Origin: a virus | Lineage: Duplodnaviria > Caudoviricetes | Virus record (IMG/VR): IMGVR_UViG_3300038379_000133 | Coordinates: 800-64,799 of that record | Direction: 5' to 3' (one strand) | Length of the DNA: 64,000 bases | Part shown: one piece after another, positions 24,906 to 35,303 of the stretch | How the letters are laid out: each line of letters begins with the position of its first letter | How positions within the stretch are numbered: the stretch's first letter is position 1 | Notes under the pieces: generated by a model | The model's database searches: none | The model's input: only the letters and a program-made list of their open reading frames with translations | Told to the model about the DNA's origin: nothing | Made by a program: the position numbers and the translations under genes

Positions 24906-25353
24906 GGACGACCTGCTCAGCGGCACGCTGACCATCGCAGGGCGAACGGCTACGCACGATATCGACGCACTACTCGCGCTACCGTCGCCTGTGAGACCTA
25001 TGGATGTACAGCATCTCATTCGAGCTGTCGCGCGCTACGGCGCGCTGCTCGCTGAGGCGACGCGCGAGGCTGCGGAGCTTGCAGCGCGCGCAGCGCGGGT
25101 AAAGGCGGTCGTAGCCTATAAGACAAGAGAGGTAGCTGATCGCATCGCAGCTGCTGGCCATGGTGAAGCCAGGGCGCACAAGACGCTCACGCGCGAAATG
25201 GTAGCGGATCAGGCGCGCACGGACCCAGCTACCGTATCAGCCGAAGCAGAAGCTCTAGCAGCAGAGCACCGCAGGATGCTCGTCGCAGCATGGCACGATG
25301 CCCTCGACCGGCACCAACGGCTGTGCGCCTTGCTCGTGGTGCGCGATGGCTGA
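24898..25353 (+). CDS. Helical protein, possibly UvsY-like
   Basis: LTREMVADQARTDPATV..AEALAAEHRRMLVAAWHDAL pattern; weak. Confidence 0.5.
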   Translation: MTEDDLLSGTLTIAGRTATHDIDALLALPSPVRPMDVQHLIRAVARYGALLAEATREAAELAARAARVKAVVAYKTREVADRIAAAGHGEARAHKTLTREMVADQARTDPATVSAEAEALAAEHRRMLVAAWHDALDRHQRLCALLVVRDG

Positions 25354-27145
25354 CAAAGCATCATCGCCAAGCGCACCGGCTGTGCTGTCTGGACTCGATG
25401 CTGTCGATCCGCAGCTTCTTATGAGCGAGCTCATGGCGGACAACCTCGCTGTGTGGATCGGCTACAACCAGCTAGAGGTCGATCGCGTGCGCGTTACGTT
25501 TGATCGACACAAGCACCTCCTGCCGATTTACGCGGACAAGAGCGCGTACATCGCCGTGCGCAAGGGCGCGCAGACGGGTCTAACGATCTGGCAGTTGTTG
25601 CGCAACATCCACAAGTGCCTCTACGAGAGCGCGGATGTAGGATTCTACTTTCCGACCGAGCCGATGCTCCAGAAGCTAGTCAAGACGCGACTAGATCCGC
25701 TTCTCCGAGAGAACGAAGTCATCAAGAAGCGCCTCGAGCGTGGCTCGGATTCGCAGGGCATCAAGCGCCTGCGCAACATTCACGGCGGCGTATCGAACCT
25801 CTACCTGTTTCACATAGGCGGCACGGCCACGAGAGATTCGACGCCGCTGACGGATGTGTCGATCGACGAGGTGCGTCTCTGCTCTGTCTCTGACATCGAG
25901 CAAGTCCACTACCGAACGGCCGCGCGCGATAACGCGACGCATGTCTACGCGTCGACCGCAGGGTTGCCAGGCGAGAACATCGACCACCTCTACTCGCGCG
26001 GCTCCCGCAACGTCTGGCTATCTCGGTGCAACTGTCAAGACGGCGGCGTCTCGCTCGCGTCAGTATGGCCTGACTGCATCGCAGTCCCAGCGCGCGGTAT
26101 GCCATTCTGGCGGTGCCCGAGATGCGGCGTGCGCATCGACGATCCACAAATCGGTCGATACATCTGCGAGAACCCGAGCGAGCGCAGAGCGTCCTATTGG
26201 GTGCCAGGCATCCTCGGTCCTAAATGGTCGCGACGTCCCGACCTCGTATGGGATCGATGGAACGACACGACGAACCGCCAAGAGTTTTACAACGCGATGC
26301 TAGGGCTCCCATGGATCGACGCAGAGAGCGTGCCTGTCACGCCCGAACATTTGCGCGCTTGCGTGAACGCCCCAGGCTGGCCGGCCTATGACCCGGAAGA
26401 CGGCGAGCCGTTGCGTTGGGGCAAGACCTATCGGCGCGGCGCAAAGGAACGATCGGGTTGCGCGATGGGCGTCGATCAACACGGCGGCAACCTGTACATC
26501 GTCGTGCTTCGCCAAGGCACGAACGGGACAGCCGTAGTCGTGCATCTTGAAGTCGTGGACACCGGGAACCCGGAGTACGGAGACATAGCGAAATCACCAT
26601 TCACACGACTGCCTGAGCTCATGAGAGAATACGACGTCCAGATGGCCGTGACGGACGCTGCGCCAAACTTCAACGAAGCGGCCGAGTTCGCACGGGCTCA
26701 CCCTGGAAGAGCGTTCATTGCGTACTACAGCGAGAGCCAAGCCGAAACCGTCAAGTGGCTAGACAGCGCAGCAGCATCGAGTCGCGGCCGGCTATCGCCA
26801 TCGAACGTCAAGTGGCAAGTCAACCTGCATCGGTACAAAGCGATCGACGAGAGCTTGTCTCGCATCGCTAACGCGCAGGTCGTCATGCCGGATCCGCGCG
26901 AGCTCGTGCAGCTCGTGTACGAGCCGCAAACAGGCCGGTTTGCGCCAGAAGCAGTGTGCCACGATCGCTTTTGGCTGCACCTGCGCTCGGTAGCTCGCGA
27001 CAAGCACATCACGAACGGCGCGACAGGCGAATTCAAGATGCGCTGGCGCAACATCGGCCTCGACCCGCACTTCGTGCACGCATACACGTACGCGCATTTC
27101 GCATTGCAGCGAGCTTCGCGCCGACCGATATTCTCGTTCATGTAA
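25346..27145 (+). CDS. terL: Terminase large subunit (GpA-like)
   Basis: RKGAQTGLT (Walker A), SIDEV (Walker B), YASTAG, CNC/CPRC Zn segment, GVDQ nuclease start, DPHFVHA. Confidence 0.92.
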   Translation: MADKASSPSAPAVLSGLDAVDPQLLMSELMADNLAVWIGYNQLEVDRVRVTFDRHKHLLPIYADKSAYIAVRKGAQTGLTIWQLLRNIHKCLYESADVGFYFPTEPMLQKLVKTRLDPLLRENEVIKKRLERGSDSQGIKRLRNIHGGVSNLYLFHIGGTATRDSTPLTDVSIDEVRLCSVSDIEQVHYRTAARDNATHVYASTAGLPGENIDHLYSRGSRNVWLSRCNCQDGGVSLASVWPDCIAVPARGMPFWRCPRCGVRIDDPQIGRYICENPSERRASYWVPGILGPKWSRRPDLVWDRWNDTTNRQEFYNAMLGLPWIDAESVPVTPEHLRACVNAPGWPAYDPEDGEPLRWGKTYRRGAKERSGCAMGVDQHGGNLYIVVLRQGTNGTAVVVHLEVVDTGNPEYGDIAKSPFTRLPELMREYDVQMAVTDAAPNFNEAAEFARAHPGRAFIAYYSESQAETVKWLDSAAASSRGRLSPSNVKWQVNLHRYKAIDESLSRIANAQVVMPDPRELVQLVYEPQTGRFAPEAVCHDRFWLHLRSVARDKHITNGATGEFKMRWRNIGLDPHFVHAYTYAHFALQRASRRPIFSFM

Positions 27146-27175
27146 TTGACCGCGCCCGGCGAATGCGCGTATCGT
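27146..27175 (+). promoter_or_regulatory. Candidate promoter TTGACC-N18-TATCGT
   Basis: Directly after the terminase stop, ahead of the head-gene run. Confidence 0.45.
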
Positions 27176-27204
27176 GAAACAGCTACACAACCAAGGGGCG
27201 ATTC

Positions 27205-27411
27205 ATGGAATGGATCAAAGAATCACTGACGAGCCCGAAGTGGTGGGCGATGACAGGACTTGCGATGCTCGCTAGCTGGGGCCTGGCCTTTGCCGTCGGT
27301 CGGCTCTTCGTCAGTGACATCGGCGCGCTGTCGACGCTGCTGATCGGAGCACCCGGAGCGTTCGTGGGAGCCTTAGCGCAGAGCGCCCCATGGATGCGAG
27401 CAAGCAAATGA
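27205..27411 (+). CDS. Small two-TM membrane protein (holin-like)
   Basis: 68 aa with two hydrophobic segments and a basic C-terminus. Confidence 0.6.
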   Translation: MEWIKESLTSPKWWAMTGLAMLASWGLAFAVGRLFVSDIGALSTLLIGAPGAFVGALAQSAPWMRASK

Positions 27412-27779
27412 AGCGCCGCGCGAAGCAGAAGAGCGTCGTCATGACAGCAGCGCAGCTCGACACACTCGCAGATGCCTTGGTAGAGAAGGCCATCCAGCGC
27501 CTCAGCGCGCGCAGAGCGCAAGGCGCTTCGCTAGCAGCGCCTGTCGCCGTCGTCGAGGAGTCGCGTTCGATGCGCGCAGCGCGCGCTGCTCAAGCAGAGC
27601 GAGACGGACAAGCGACAGTCCAGGTAGGACGGACGACAGAGGTTCCCGTCCCAGCCGCAAGGAAGAGATCGCGTGCGCAACGCAACGGAAAGGAACCCGT
27701 TGCACCGACAGCGGTAGACGATCGCGGCCAACCCGGTGGCTCCGCATGGATGGGGTTCGGAGCGCATGGGCAGCGATAG
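27408..27779 (+). CDS. Hypothetical protein
   Basis: ATGA-coupled. Confidence 0.6.
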   Translation: MKRRAKQKSVVMTAAQLDTLADALVEKAIQRLSARRAQGASLAAPVAVVEESRSMRAARAAQAERDGQATVQVGRTTEVPVPAARKRSRAQRNGKEPVAPTAVDDRGQPGGSAWMGFGAHGQR

Positions 27780-28014
27780 CGCACGCGCTCTCATCAAGGC
27801 GCTGACGCCTCGGGACCACGCCGGCGAGACAGCGTGGAAAACGATGACGCGCTTGGGTAAGCAACCTGGATCTCCGGTCCGACTGCGCCAACAGATCCGT
27901 GGCGTGTGGTGCCCGACGTGCGAGCGCTATCATCGCGCTGGAGCTACATGCGAGGCGCCATCTCGACCAGGTGGGACCAAGACGGTCAAAGCGCCAGAGG
28001 TGCCGCGTGTCTGA
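27766..28014 (+). CDS. Small Zn-binding hypothetical protein
   Basis: WCPTCERYH...C. Confidence 0.55.
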   Translation: MGSDSARALIKALTPRDHAGETAWKTMTRLGKQPGSPVRLRQQIRGVWCPTCERYHRAGATCEAPSRPGGTKTVKAPEVPRV

Positions 28015-28531
28015 TCTAGGAGCACTGCGCATGGCCTTGTGCGCGCGCGTGGGCGCCTTGACGCTCGCGAAGGCGAGGCAGGACGGCGAGCTCTACCGCG
28101 GCGTGTACGAGCAAGAGAATGGACAAGCAGGGCTCTTCGTGTCGAATGCTGACGGCTCGGACATAGCTACCATGCCGCATGATCCGCATGTCGTCCGGCG
28201 AGCAGCAGACGAGATGGTTATCGACGTCCTTGCGAACATCGCGATGCCTACCCCCGGCGCGGAAGAGGAGCCGCGAGAACGCGTCGAGTATCCGACGATC
28301 GACGTAGCGGACGAGAACGACGGTGCCCGCATAGATGCTGCGCTAGAGGAGATCGAACGCGCAAGCGCTTGGGTCAACAAAGCGAGCGCGCAAGCTAGAT
28401 CGGACGAGGAGCGCAGAGCCTGGCTCGTATCGAAAGGTCACAAGTGGTGGACACCACGCGTCCTTGCGCAATGGGAAGCTGAGAAGGCGGCGGCCTTGCG
28501 AGTAGCGCTGTCCGCGCTACGGCCCAAATGA
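28007..28531 (+). CDS. Hypothetical protein
   Basis: GTG start after AGAGG; ATGA overlap with the portal. Confidence 0.6.
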   Translation: MSDLGALRMALCARVGALTLAKARQDGELYRGVYEQENGQAGLFVSNADGSDIATMPHDPHVVRRAADEMVIDVLANIAMPTPGAEEEPRERVEYPTIDVADENDGARIDAALEEIERASAWVNKASAQARSDEERRAWLVSKGHKWWTPRVLAQWEAEKAAALRVALSALRPK

Positions 28532-30081
28532 AGCCCAGCGCTGCTAAACGAACGCGTCGGCAGCGTGCGAAGCGAGCGCCTATCGCTAAGGCAGCATCGC
28601 CTAGCGACGTCACAGCGACACGGATCGACCACGCAGCGCTCGAGAAAGCGTCGCCAGGCACCGGACTCGGATACAGCGCAACCGATCCGAGGTCATGGTT
28701 TGCGGACCCCAACGACATCGTATCTCAACTTGGATACCGAGAGCGGCGCAGCCCGATCACCACGCAGCTCTTGCGACGAGCATCGGAGCGATTGGCGATC
28801 GCGCAGGCGATCTTCAACCGACGCGCATCACAGGCGTTCATGTTCTCGCAGCCGGCCGAGCAGGCCGGTGGCGTAGGCTGGGATCTGTCTACCAAGGACG
28901 GTCATCGCCCAAGCGCCGAGGAGCGCTACGAGATAGCGCGCTTGCGCGATCTCTTGCTCGCAGGCGGTGATGGCCCGTCGGACCCGTGCGCGCCTATCCA
29001 GCGACGAGACATAGGCGAGTGCATGCAGAGCCTCGTGCGCGACTCGCTGACGTACGACGCGATGGCGATCGAACCCGTGCTGCATCCAGGCACGCAGCAG
29101 CTCTACGAGTACCATGCGATCGCCGGAGACACGATTCGACTCGCAGCGGATACGAGGCCCGACGCACGCCGACGTGAGCGGCCATGGCATCCTGAGTTCG
29201 ACGGGCAACGATACGACTACCTATCGAGCGACGGGCTCCCTACGCGATATGTGCAAGTGATCGATGGAGTGATTCGCACGACGTATAGCGATCGGCAGCT
29301 CATCTACATCGTGCGCAACCCGCGCAACGATCTGACGATACGCGGGTATGGATACTCCGAGATCGAGCAGGGCATCACGCTCGTAACAGGCATGCTCGAA
29401 AGCGAGAAGTATCAAGTCAACCTCTTCAAGCAAGGGTCGCTTCCGCCTGGTGTGTTTCACCTGAAAGGCGCTGGATGGAGCGAGCAGCAAATCGAAGCGC
29501 TCAAGCGTCAGTGGTATGCGACGCTCATCGGCGCTGATTCTGCGCACAAGGTGCCCGTCGTGCAGTTCGACGGCGAAATGGCGTTCATCCATATGTCGCG
29601 CACGAATCGCGACATGGAGTTCACGCCCTGGCAAGAATTCCTCATCGCTGTGTTCTGCGCTTTGTACCTGATCGATCCAGAGGAGATGGGCCTGCAAGTG
29701 CGCGGCGGACAAGCGCAGACGCCGCTCTTCGAGGCGTCTGCGGAATGGAAGATCAAGGCCAGCCGCGACGGAGGGCTCAAGCCGCTCCTGCGCGCGCTCG
29801 CGCGCGCTATGCAGCGCTTGGTCGACCATTACGACGATCGATACCTGTTCCGATTCGTCGGACTCGATGAGCCGAGCGAGCAAGAGCGCCACCGACGACT
29901 CATGGAGGAGTTGTCCGCGTTCCGGTCGATCAACGAAGTGCGTGTCATGCGGGGGCTCGAGCCGCAGGATCACCCAGCGTATAACATGCCCATGAACCCG
30001 ACGGCTTTGTCGGCGATGAAGCTATTGGCAGAGCTATCTGAGAAGAGCCGCCCAGGCGCTATCATCACAGGCGAGGAGTGA
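28528..30081 (+). CDS. Portal protein (SPO1/K-like)
   Basis: LVRDSLTYDAMAIE, GDTIR, RNPRND..GYGYSEIE, FKQGSLPPG, NRDMEF..W, IDPEEMG, SRDGGLKPLL. Confidence 0.93.
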   Translation: MKPSAAKRTRRQRAKRAPIAKAASPSDVTATRIDHAALEKASPGTGLGYSATDPRSWFADPNDIVSQLGYRERRSPITTQLLRRASERLAIAQAIFNRRASQAFMFSQPAEQAGGVGWDLSTKDGHRPSAEERYEIARLRDLLLAGGDGPSDPCAPIQRRDIGECMQSLVRDSLTYDAMAIEPVLHPGTQQLYEYHAIAGDTIRLAADTRPDARRRERPWHPEFDGQRYDYLSSDGLPTRYVQVIDGVIRTTYSDRQLIYIVRNPRNDLTIRGYGYSEIEQGITLVTGMLESEKYQVNLFKQGSLPPGVFHLKGAGWSEQQIEALKRQWYATLIGADSAHKVPVVQFDGEMAFIHMSRTNRDMEFTPWQEFLIAVFCALYLIDPEEMGLQVRGGQAQTPLFEASAEWKIKASRDGGLKPLLRALARAMQRLVDHYDDRYLFRFVGLDEPSEQERHRRLMEELSAFRSINEVRVMRGLEPQDHPAYNMPMNPTALSAMKLLAELSEKSRPGAIITGEE

Positions 30082-30084
30082 CCC

Positions 30085-30828
30085 ATGACGGACCGCGACG
30101 ATTCGGACAACATAGCTGACAGCATCGAGCGCCTCGAGGATCTCGCTACCGAGATCCTCGCACGCGCGAACGTGCTGGAAGAGGCTCTCAGCAAAGCGCA
30201 CGCGGATCGATCATCTACCGAAGACCCGAAGCAGCCTCCAAGCGATGCGTTTCTGGACAAGGACAAGCGACGATATCTGGTCATGAGCTTCGCAGACGGC
30301 ACCTGGCGCTTCGATCAAGGGCTGCTGGAAGCAGCAGCGCGCAGCGCGCGCGAGAACAAAGAGCCGCGCATCGAGCACGCTGCTGAGCAGCTTCTTGCGC
30401 AGCATCGCGACAGCGTGATCAAGGGCTACGGCATGACACCGAAAGAACCGCCGGCGAAGTGGCTCTACATGACCGATCCGCCTACAGCAGCGCCGCGTCC
30501 GAACACCGCGCAACCCATGGGCGCGGCCGCGCGCTACGCAAGGACAGGAGCGCTAGATGTCCAGGCGCTAGCGAACAGAGTCGTCGATGCCTTCGGGCGC
30601 CTCTCTCGCGACGAGCCTTTGACGTCGCTCGAAGCTGCGCTCGTGACGCTGCTGTACCCAAAGGACTTCGACTTCATGGACGAGTCGGCAGCGCGAATGA
30701 TCGCGCTGATCTCGGACGACGAAAAAGAACAAGTGCGCGAACGCGTCGTAGCTCGCGTCAAAGAGCTCTCAGCACGCAATTACACGAGCTATGTACCAGG
30801 GCAGCACGTGACGCTCGCGTCTCGCTGA
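30085..30828 (+). CDS. Hypothetical head-region protein
   Basis: GAGGAG RBS; lies between portal and protease. Confidence 0.7.
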   Translation: MTDRDDSDNIADSIERLEDLATEILARANVLEEALSKAHADRSSTEDPKQPPSDAFLDKDKRRYLVMSFADGTWRFDQGLLEAAARSARENKEPRIEHAAEQLLAQHRDSVIKGYGMTPKEPPAKWLYMTDPPTAAPRPNTAQPMGAAARYARTGALDVQALANRVVDAFGRLSRDEPLTSLEAALVTLLYPKDFDFMDESAARMIALISDDEKEQVRERVVARVKELSARNYTSYVPGQHVTLASR

Positions 30829-30848
30829 ATGGTGGGGGTGACCCTGCG

Positions 30849-31079
30849 ATGAACGTGGCAACGCAGATTGCACACATCAACTGTCACCAATGCAGCGGCC
30901 CGATCGTCGCGCAGCGGCGTGGCGGTGCAGTGACCATTCGCGGCAAGATCATCGTCGGGCACTCCAACAAATGGTACGCTGTGTGTAGGGACTGCGCCTG
31001 CGAAGTAGACATCACGGATGCCATGATCGCGTCGTGGAACAGCACCCTATCGAGCAGCAACTTGACAACTGGAAGATGA
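30849..31079 (+). CDS. Small Zn-finger protein
   Basis: CHQC...CRDC directly before the protease. Confidence 0.6.
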   Translation: MNVATQIAHINCHQCSGPIVAQRRGGAVTIRGKIIVGHSNKWYAVCRDCACEVDITDAMIASWNSTLSSSNLTTGR

Positions 31080-31140
31080 GGGACGTACGGTATATGTGAA
31101 TCGACGCTACGTCGCGTAGAAGATCGCGAAAACACCATGA

Positions 31141-31932
31141 GTGGATCCGCGCTCGTCACATTCTAGTAAACACACAGAAGCGGAGCGCTTCGGCTGCTTC
31201 GTTCCTGTCGCATCGATTGCAAAGTCCGTCGACGCGCTGGAGTCTGCGCATCCCGCGAGGCGGGTGCATGGTGTGGCCTCGACCGAGGCTATCGATCTAC
31301 AGGGAGAGCAAACGATCCAAAAGGGGATCGACTTCGATTACTTTCGCAAACACGGCTGGATCACGGATGGGCACAACATCCAGTCGCGCGATCAACACGG
31401 CCGCCTGGTCTCGTACATCGAGGCGCCGAAGATCGCATCTCCAGTCGCGAGTGAGTGCACCGTATCCAAGGGGCAGTTCGAGATTTCGGCAGACCTGCTC
31501 GAGCCGGCCGACGATCATCGGCCAGATTGCCGTTGCGCTGCATGTCGAGCGCAATACTGGCACGAGTTTCTCAAGACACTGCGCAAGAGCGGCATGGCCG
31601 GACGCGCTGGTTTCTCGATCGAGGGCGAAGTGCGCCGCCGTTCTGGACGCGCTATCATCAAGTGCTTCGTGTCGTCGGTTGCCCTGACCGCGTCTCCGAT
31701 CAACACGGAGACGTGGGCGGACCTCGCCAAGTCGCTTTGCCAAGAGCCGTGGTGCTCGGGCGACGCCACATCGCCTGGATGCCGCTGCGACGGATGCCGC
31801 GTGAGTCACGACGCGCGGCAGGCAATGCGCGCCGACGGCCTTCATTACAAGGACGCCGTGCAGTTCATCGTGCAACGAGGATGGCGTCAGCACGACGCGG
31901 AACGATTCGTCTCGACGCTCGGCGCGAGATGA
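31141..31932 (+). CDS. Prohead protease
   Basis: GVASTEAIDLQGE, GIDFDYF..HGWITDGH, GFSIEG, VALTASPINTETW. Confidence 0.88.
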   Translation: MDPRSSHSSKHTEAERFGCFVPVASIAKSVDALESAHPARRVHGVASTEAIDLQGEQTIQKGIDFDYFRKHGWITDGHNIQSRDQHGRLVSYIEAPKIASPVASECTVSKGQFEISADLLEPADDHRPDCRCAACRAQYWHEFLKTLRKSGMAGRAGFSIEGEVRRRSGRAIIKCFVSSVALTASPINTETWADLAKSLCQEPWCSGDATSPGCRCDGCRVSHDARQAMRADGLHYKDAVQFIVQRGWRQHDAERFVSTLGAR

Positions 31933-31962
31933 TGACCACAAACGGCCACAAGGACGGGTGAC

Positions 31963-32736
31963 ATGGGCAAAGAGCAGACCGTATTCACCGAGGCAGAGCT
32001 TGCAGCGGGCGCTGCGTTTGTCGAGCAGCTCGCAAAGGGCGCTTTCTTTCCGAGCCAAGGAGACAAAGGAAGCGGACCTGACGACGCCGAGCCGGCGCCG
32101 ACTGTCGAGCCTACGAAGAATGGCATCTCGTGGGTCTCCGTGAAGAAGGCCATGGCAAAAGCCGTCGCTGGCGACATGCTCGACGATGACGAGAAGGCCG
32201 TGGTGAAGGCGTACATGGAGCAAGATGCTGCTGCGCCGAAGCCAAAGGATGTCGAAGCGTCAGGCGCTCACCCACAGCGCCATGCCAAAGACGACGAGCA
32301 TGCTGACCAGATCGCGACGAAGAGCGTCGCGGACGCAATGGCAGATTTGCGCAAGTCGCTAGCAGCACGTGATGCGCAGTACGCCAAGTCGTTCGAGTCG
32401 ATCGCCAAGTCCATCGAAGCGATCGGAGCCATGCTGCTTGCACAGCGGGAACGGCAAGAAGACTTCGCGAAAGCGCTTCCAGTCGGCCCGCGCAGCGCGA
32501 TGGACGGCCAGAGCGCTAGCGCTCCCAAGACAGGAGGCGCGTCGATTCATGTCGGGCGCCACGGAGCGACGGGAGAATTCGGCAGCGAAGCGCTCTCGAA
32601 AAGCGTCGTGGCTGACAAGCTCCTCGATCTCGTCAAAGCAGGCGATCCCGTCGTGCGACCAATCGATCTCGAGCGCTTCGTCTTGCGTAACCAACTTCGC
32701 CCCGAGGTCCGCGAGCGTCTGACTCGCGCATCCTGA
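31963..32736 (+). CDS. Scaffold-like protein
   Basis: Helical, repeated (A/S)KS motifs typical of protease-cleaved head proteins; lies between protease and capsid. Confidence 0.65.
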   Translation: MGKEQTVFTEAELAAGAAFVEQLAKGAFFPSQGDKGSGPDDAEPAPTVEPTKNGISWVSVKKAMAKAVAGDMLDDDEKAVVKAYMEQDAAAPKPKDVEASGAHPQRHAKDDEHADQIATKSVADAMADLRKSLAARDAQYAKSFESIAKSIEAIGAMLLAQRERQEDFAKALPVGPRSAMDGQSASAPKTGGASIHVGRHGATGEFGSEALSKSVVADKLLDLVKAGDPVVRPIDLERFVLRNQLRPEVRERLTRAS

Positions 32737-32764
32737 GCCACAAGACCACAAGGAGACATTGGAC

Positions 32765-34228
32765 ATGATCGGACTTGCTGATTACGTAGGCCAGGGCTAC
32801 TCGGGCTGGGGCTCGATGACGCTCTCGGCGGACGAAGCTGTTGGACTCGCAAAAGCGCTCGACGTCAATTACGACTCGATCTCTGGCGCGACCGGCTCGA
32901 ACCGGACCCTGTCGCTCGAACACATGCTGAAATATGCTACGTGGTCGAAGCCCGAGGAGTTCGCGCTGTGGGACAAGATGCCAAAGACGCCGGCCTACGA
33001 CTCGGTCGAGGTGTGGGACGAGGCAACGAACCACGGCACGATGGCCGGCGGGTTCACGCTGTCGATGGAGGTTCCGCCGGAGCAGGACGGAGCTTACACG
33101 CGCCGATCGCAGAACGTGAAGTTCATGACCACGTACGGCGCGGTCACGGACCCGATGCAATCGATCTTGCCGGCGCACGGCAACGTGCTCGAGCTGAAGG
33201 TGCGCGAGCGCATGCTGTGGCTCCTTCAGCGCATCAACCACTTCTGCTACGTCGGAGACTCGAGCCTCAAGTTCTCTGGAGAAGGCGAGGAGTTCAACGG
33301 GCTCGACGCTCAAATGGACTCGACGGCTGGTTACGATCTGCGCGGAGACGTGCTGACGCGCGGCAAGGTCGACGACATCGTGACGGCGTTGGTCGATGAT
33401 CACGCGATGCCGACGGATCTGTTCCTGTCGAACAAGGCGCTCGCGGATTACAACCAATCGCTCGCTCCGAAGGAGCGCATCGCGGTCCCCATGGACCAGG
33501 CCGGCATCGTCGGCTCCGCAGCGAACGGGCAGCTCGTGTGCACTGGTAAGCCGATCCGCTTCACGATGGACAAGTTCTTGCGCGGAACGCTCTATCGCTC
33601 GCCGTCGCCGTCTGCTACGGCGACATCGACGCAAGCGCCGAATGCTCCGTTCTCTGTCACAGCAGCGAAGAACGTGGGTGTCACGACAGCCGATTTCACG
33701 AAGGGCGACACGTCAACGGGTACGACGTACTACGATTACGCCATCACGCTCGGCAACCGCTTCGGCGAGTCGGCGCCGATTCTGCAACCCACAGCCGCGA
33801 GCCTCTCGCTCGCAGAGCGCGCAGCAGGAAACTCGATCGATGTTGTCGTCACGCTGCCGACCAACATTGGGCCTTGGGCGCCGGATTGGATCGGCGTCTA
33901 TCGCACTGCACCCCGCACGTCTTCGACCGTACCGTCTGGCGTCTCGAGTTACTCGCTCATCCGACGCGTGCGGTGCACTACGCAGACAGGCGGGGCGACG
34001 CAGACGATCTCGGATCTCAATCTCTATCTCGCGTTCACCGAGTCAGCGTACATCCTGCAATTCGACCCGGAGGTTCTCGAGTTCGCGCAGCTCTTGCCGA
34101 TGATGTACAAGGAGCTAGCTGCGGTCTCGTTCGCTAGGCGCTTCGGCATCGCGCTGTTTGGCACGCCGAAGCTCTACGGACGCAAGCGCATTCGTCGCAT
34201 CTTCAACATCGGCGCAATGACCGTCTAA
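32765..34228 (+). CDS. Major capsid protein (SPO1/K-like, with beta-rich insertion)
   Basis: LSLEHML..T, QNVKFM, GDSSL, EFNGL, DLRG, TDLFL, YDYAITLGNRFGES, IGVYR, LLPMMYKEL; AAGGAG RBS. Confidence 0.92.
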   Translation: MIGLADYVGQGYSGWGSMTLSADEAVGLAKALDVNYDSISGATGSNRTLSLEHMLKYATWSKPEEFALWDKMPKTPAYDSVEVWDEATNHGTMAGGFTLSMEVPPEQDGAYTRRSQNVKFMTTYGAVTDPMQSILPAHGNVLELKVRERMLWLLQRINHFCYVGDSSLKFSGEGEEFNGLDAQMDSTAGYDLRGDVLTRGKVDDIVTALVDDHAMPTDLFLSNKALADYNQSLAPKERIAVPMDQAGIVGSAANGQLVCTGKPIRFTMDKFLRGTLYRSPSPSATATSTQAPNAPFSVTAAKNVGVTTADFTKGDTSTGTTYYDYAITLGNRFGESAPILQPTAASLSLAERAAGNSIDVVVTLPTNIGPWAPDWIGVYRTAPRTSSTVPSGVSSYSLIRRVRCTTQTGGATQTISDLNLYLAFTESAYILQFDPEVLEFAQLLPMMYKELAAVSFARRFGIALFGTPKLYGRKRIRRIFNIGAMTV

Positions 34229-34246
34229 ACAAAGGGGAGCGCGCAG

Positions 34247-34462
34247 ATGGCACTCGCAGGAGCACAAAAGATCGACAAGACGGCAGCGTCAAAAGAACTG
34301 GAGGAGCTCGTCGCTCGGTGGAACACGCTGCTCGACGCACTCGATGCTGCGAGCTCATTCGCCGATCTTCAAACGCGTATTCAGGCTGGCGGCACGCAGC
34401 AGTTGACCAAGATCACGTTGTCGCCGACTACCGACGTCATGCCGGATCGACCGGCGGTGTGA
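34247..34462 (+). CDS. Small hypothetical virion-region protein
   Basis: GGGGAG RBS. Confidence 0.65.
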   Translation: MALAGAQKIDKTAASKELEELVARWNTLLDALDAASSFADLQTRIQAGGTQQLTKITLSPTTDVMPDRPAV

Positions 34463-34465
34463 TAG

Positions 34466-34816
34466 ATGCCGTCCGCGCTGGGGCAAGTAACGAATCGCAA
34501 GCCGTACTGCATCAACGGTACAGCTACGACTACGCTTGCTGCGGTGGACGTCGGATTTCAGTCGGCTGCGCTTGCCGCAGCTGATACGGCCAGCGTTGGA
34601 TCGTACGCGCCGGCTGCTTGGTTCTCGATCCTGAATCTCGACGGAACGAATGATGTGCGTGTGCGGTTCGAGAATTCCGTCAGCGCTGCATATCGGACCG
34701 TGCGCCCTGGCGCGAGTTTCGCGATGGACGCGACCGTGAGGCAAATCTACGTGCAATCGTCTGCTGGCACGGCTGCATTCGAGGTCGTTGCGACTGCTAA
34801 TTTCTTCCGAGAATAA
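34466..34816 (+). CDS. Hypothetical beta-rich virion protein
   Basis: Position after capsid; beta-strand pattern. Confidence 0.65.
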   Translation: MPSALGQVTNRKPYCINGTATTTLAAVDVGFQSAALAAADTASVGSYAPAAWFSILNLDGTNDVRVRFENSVSAAYRTVRPGASFAMDATVRQIYVQSSAGTAAFEVVATANFFRE

Positions 34817-34834
34817 CCACGGAGGCTGTCTGAC

Positions 34835-35287
34835 ATGGCTGCAAATTACGGTGAATATCAATCGCACCAACCGCCCGAGCTGAACGCGGCCTCGAAAGCC
34901 CTGACGGACAGGGTGTCGCAAGTCGCTCAGCTCGACCCGCTCAAGGTCGGGACGTCGATGACCGGAAGCACGACCGACGCGACGGCGACGACGCTCGGCA
35001 CGGTGACTCCAGCAGACGGCAAAGTCACGACAGTCGTTGCTGAGATTTACGGCTACCGAGACACAGGCGCTGAGGCTGCGTCTTACTTCGTCGCGCTCAC
35101 CGTGCGTCGATCGGGAGCTACGGTCACTGCGATCGGCACGGCTACCGCGTTGCACACGGCCGAGGATGTGGCAGGATGGGCCGGCACGCTCGATGTCTCC
35201 GGCACTACGGTCCGCGTGCGTGTCACTGGAGCGGCCTCGAGCAACGTTGCGTGGAGCGCGTTCGTGACGCAACGGCCGAACGGATAA
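34835..35287 (+). CDS. Beta-rich virion protein, paralog A
   Basis: GGAGG RBS; aligns with 35304-35759. Confidence 0.75.
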   Translation: MAANYGEYQSHQPPELNAASKALTDRVSQVAQLDPLKVGTSMTGSTTDATATTLGTVTPADGKVTTVVAEIYGYRDTGAEAASYFVALTVRRSGATVTAIGTATALHTAEDVAGWAGTLDVSGTTVRVRVTGAASSNVAWSAFVTQRPNG

Positions 35288-35303
35288 CGCGCCTTGCTAG
35301 AGG

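Noticed and set aside
23908-25353. Terminase small subunit among the genes before terL
   Set aside because: No recognisable HTH or TerS pattern; position alone is insufficient.
31072-31101. Promoter TTGACA-N18-TACGGT before the protease
   Set aside because: Perfect -35 but poor -10 and it lies inside the upstream ORF's end; too weak to list.
32633-33634. Long antisense/shadow ORFs (also 7118-7981, 31297-32223, 34355-35272, 40310-41242 and many shorter)
   Set aside because: They lie opposite well-supported genes, are Arg/Ala/His-rich without motifs, and are expected in high-GC DNA.
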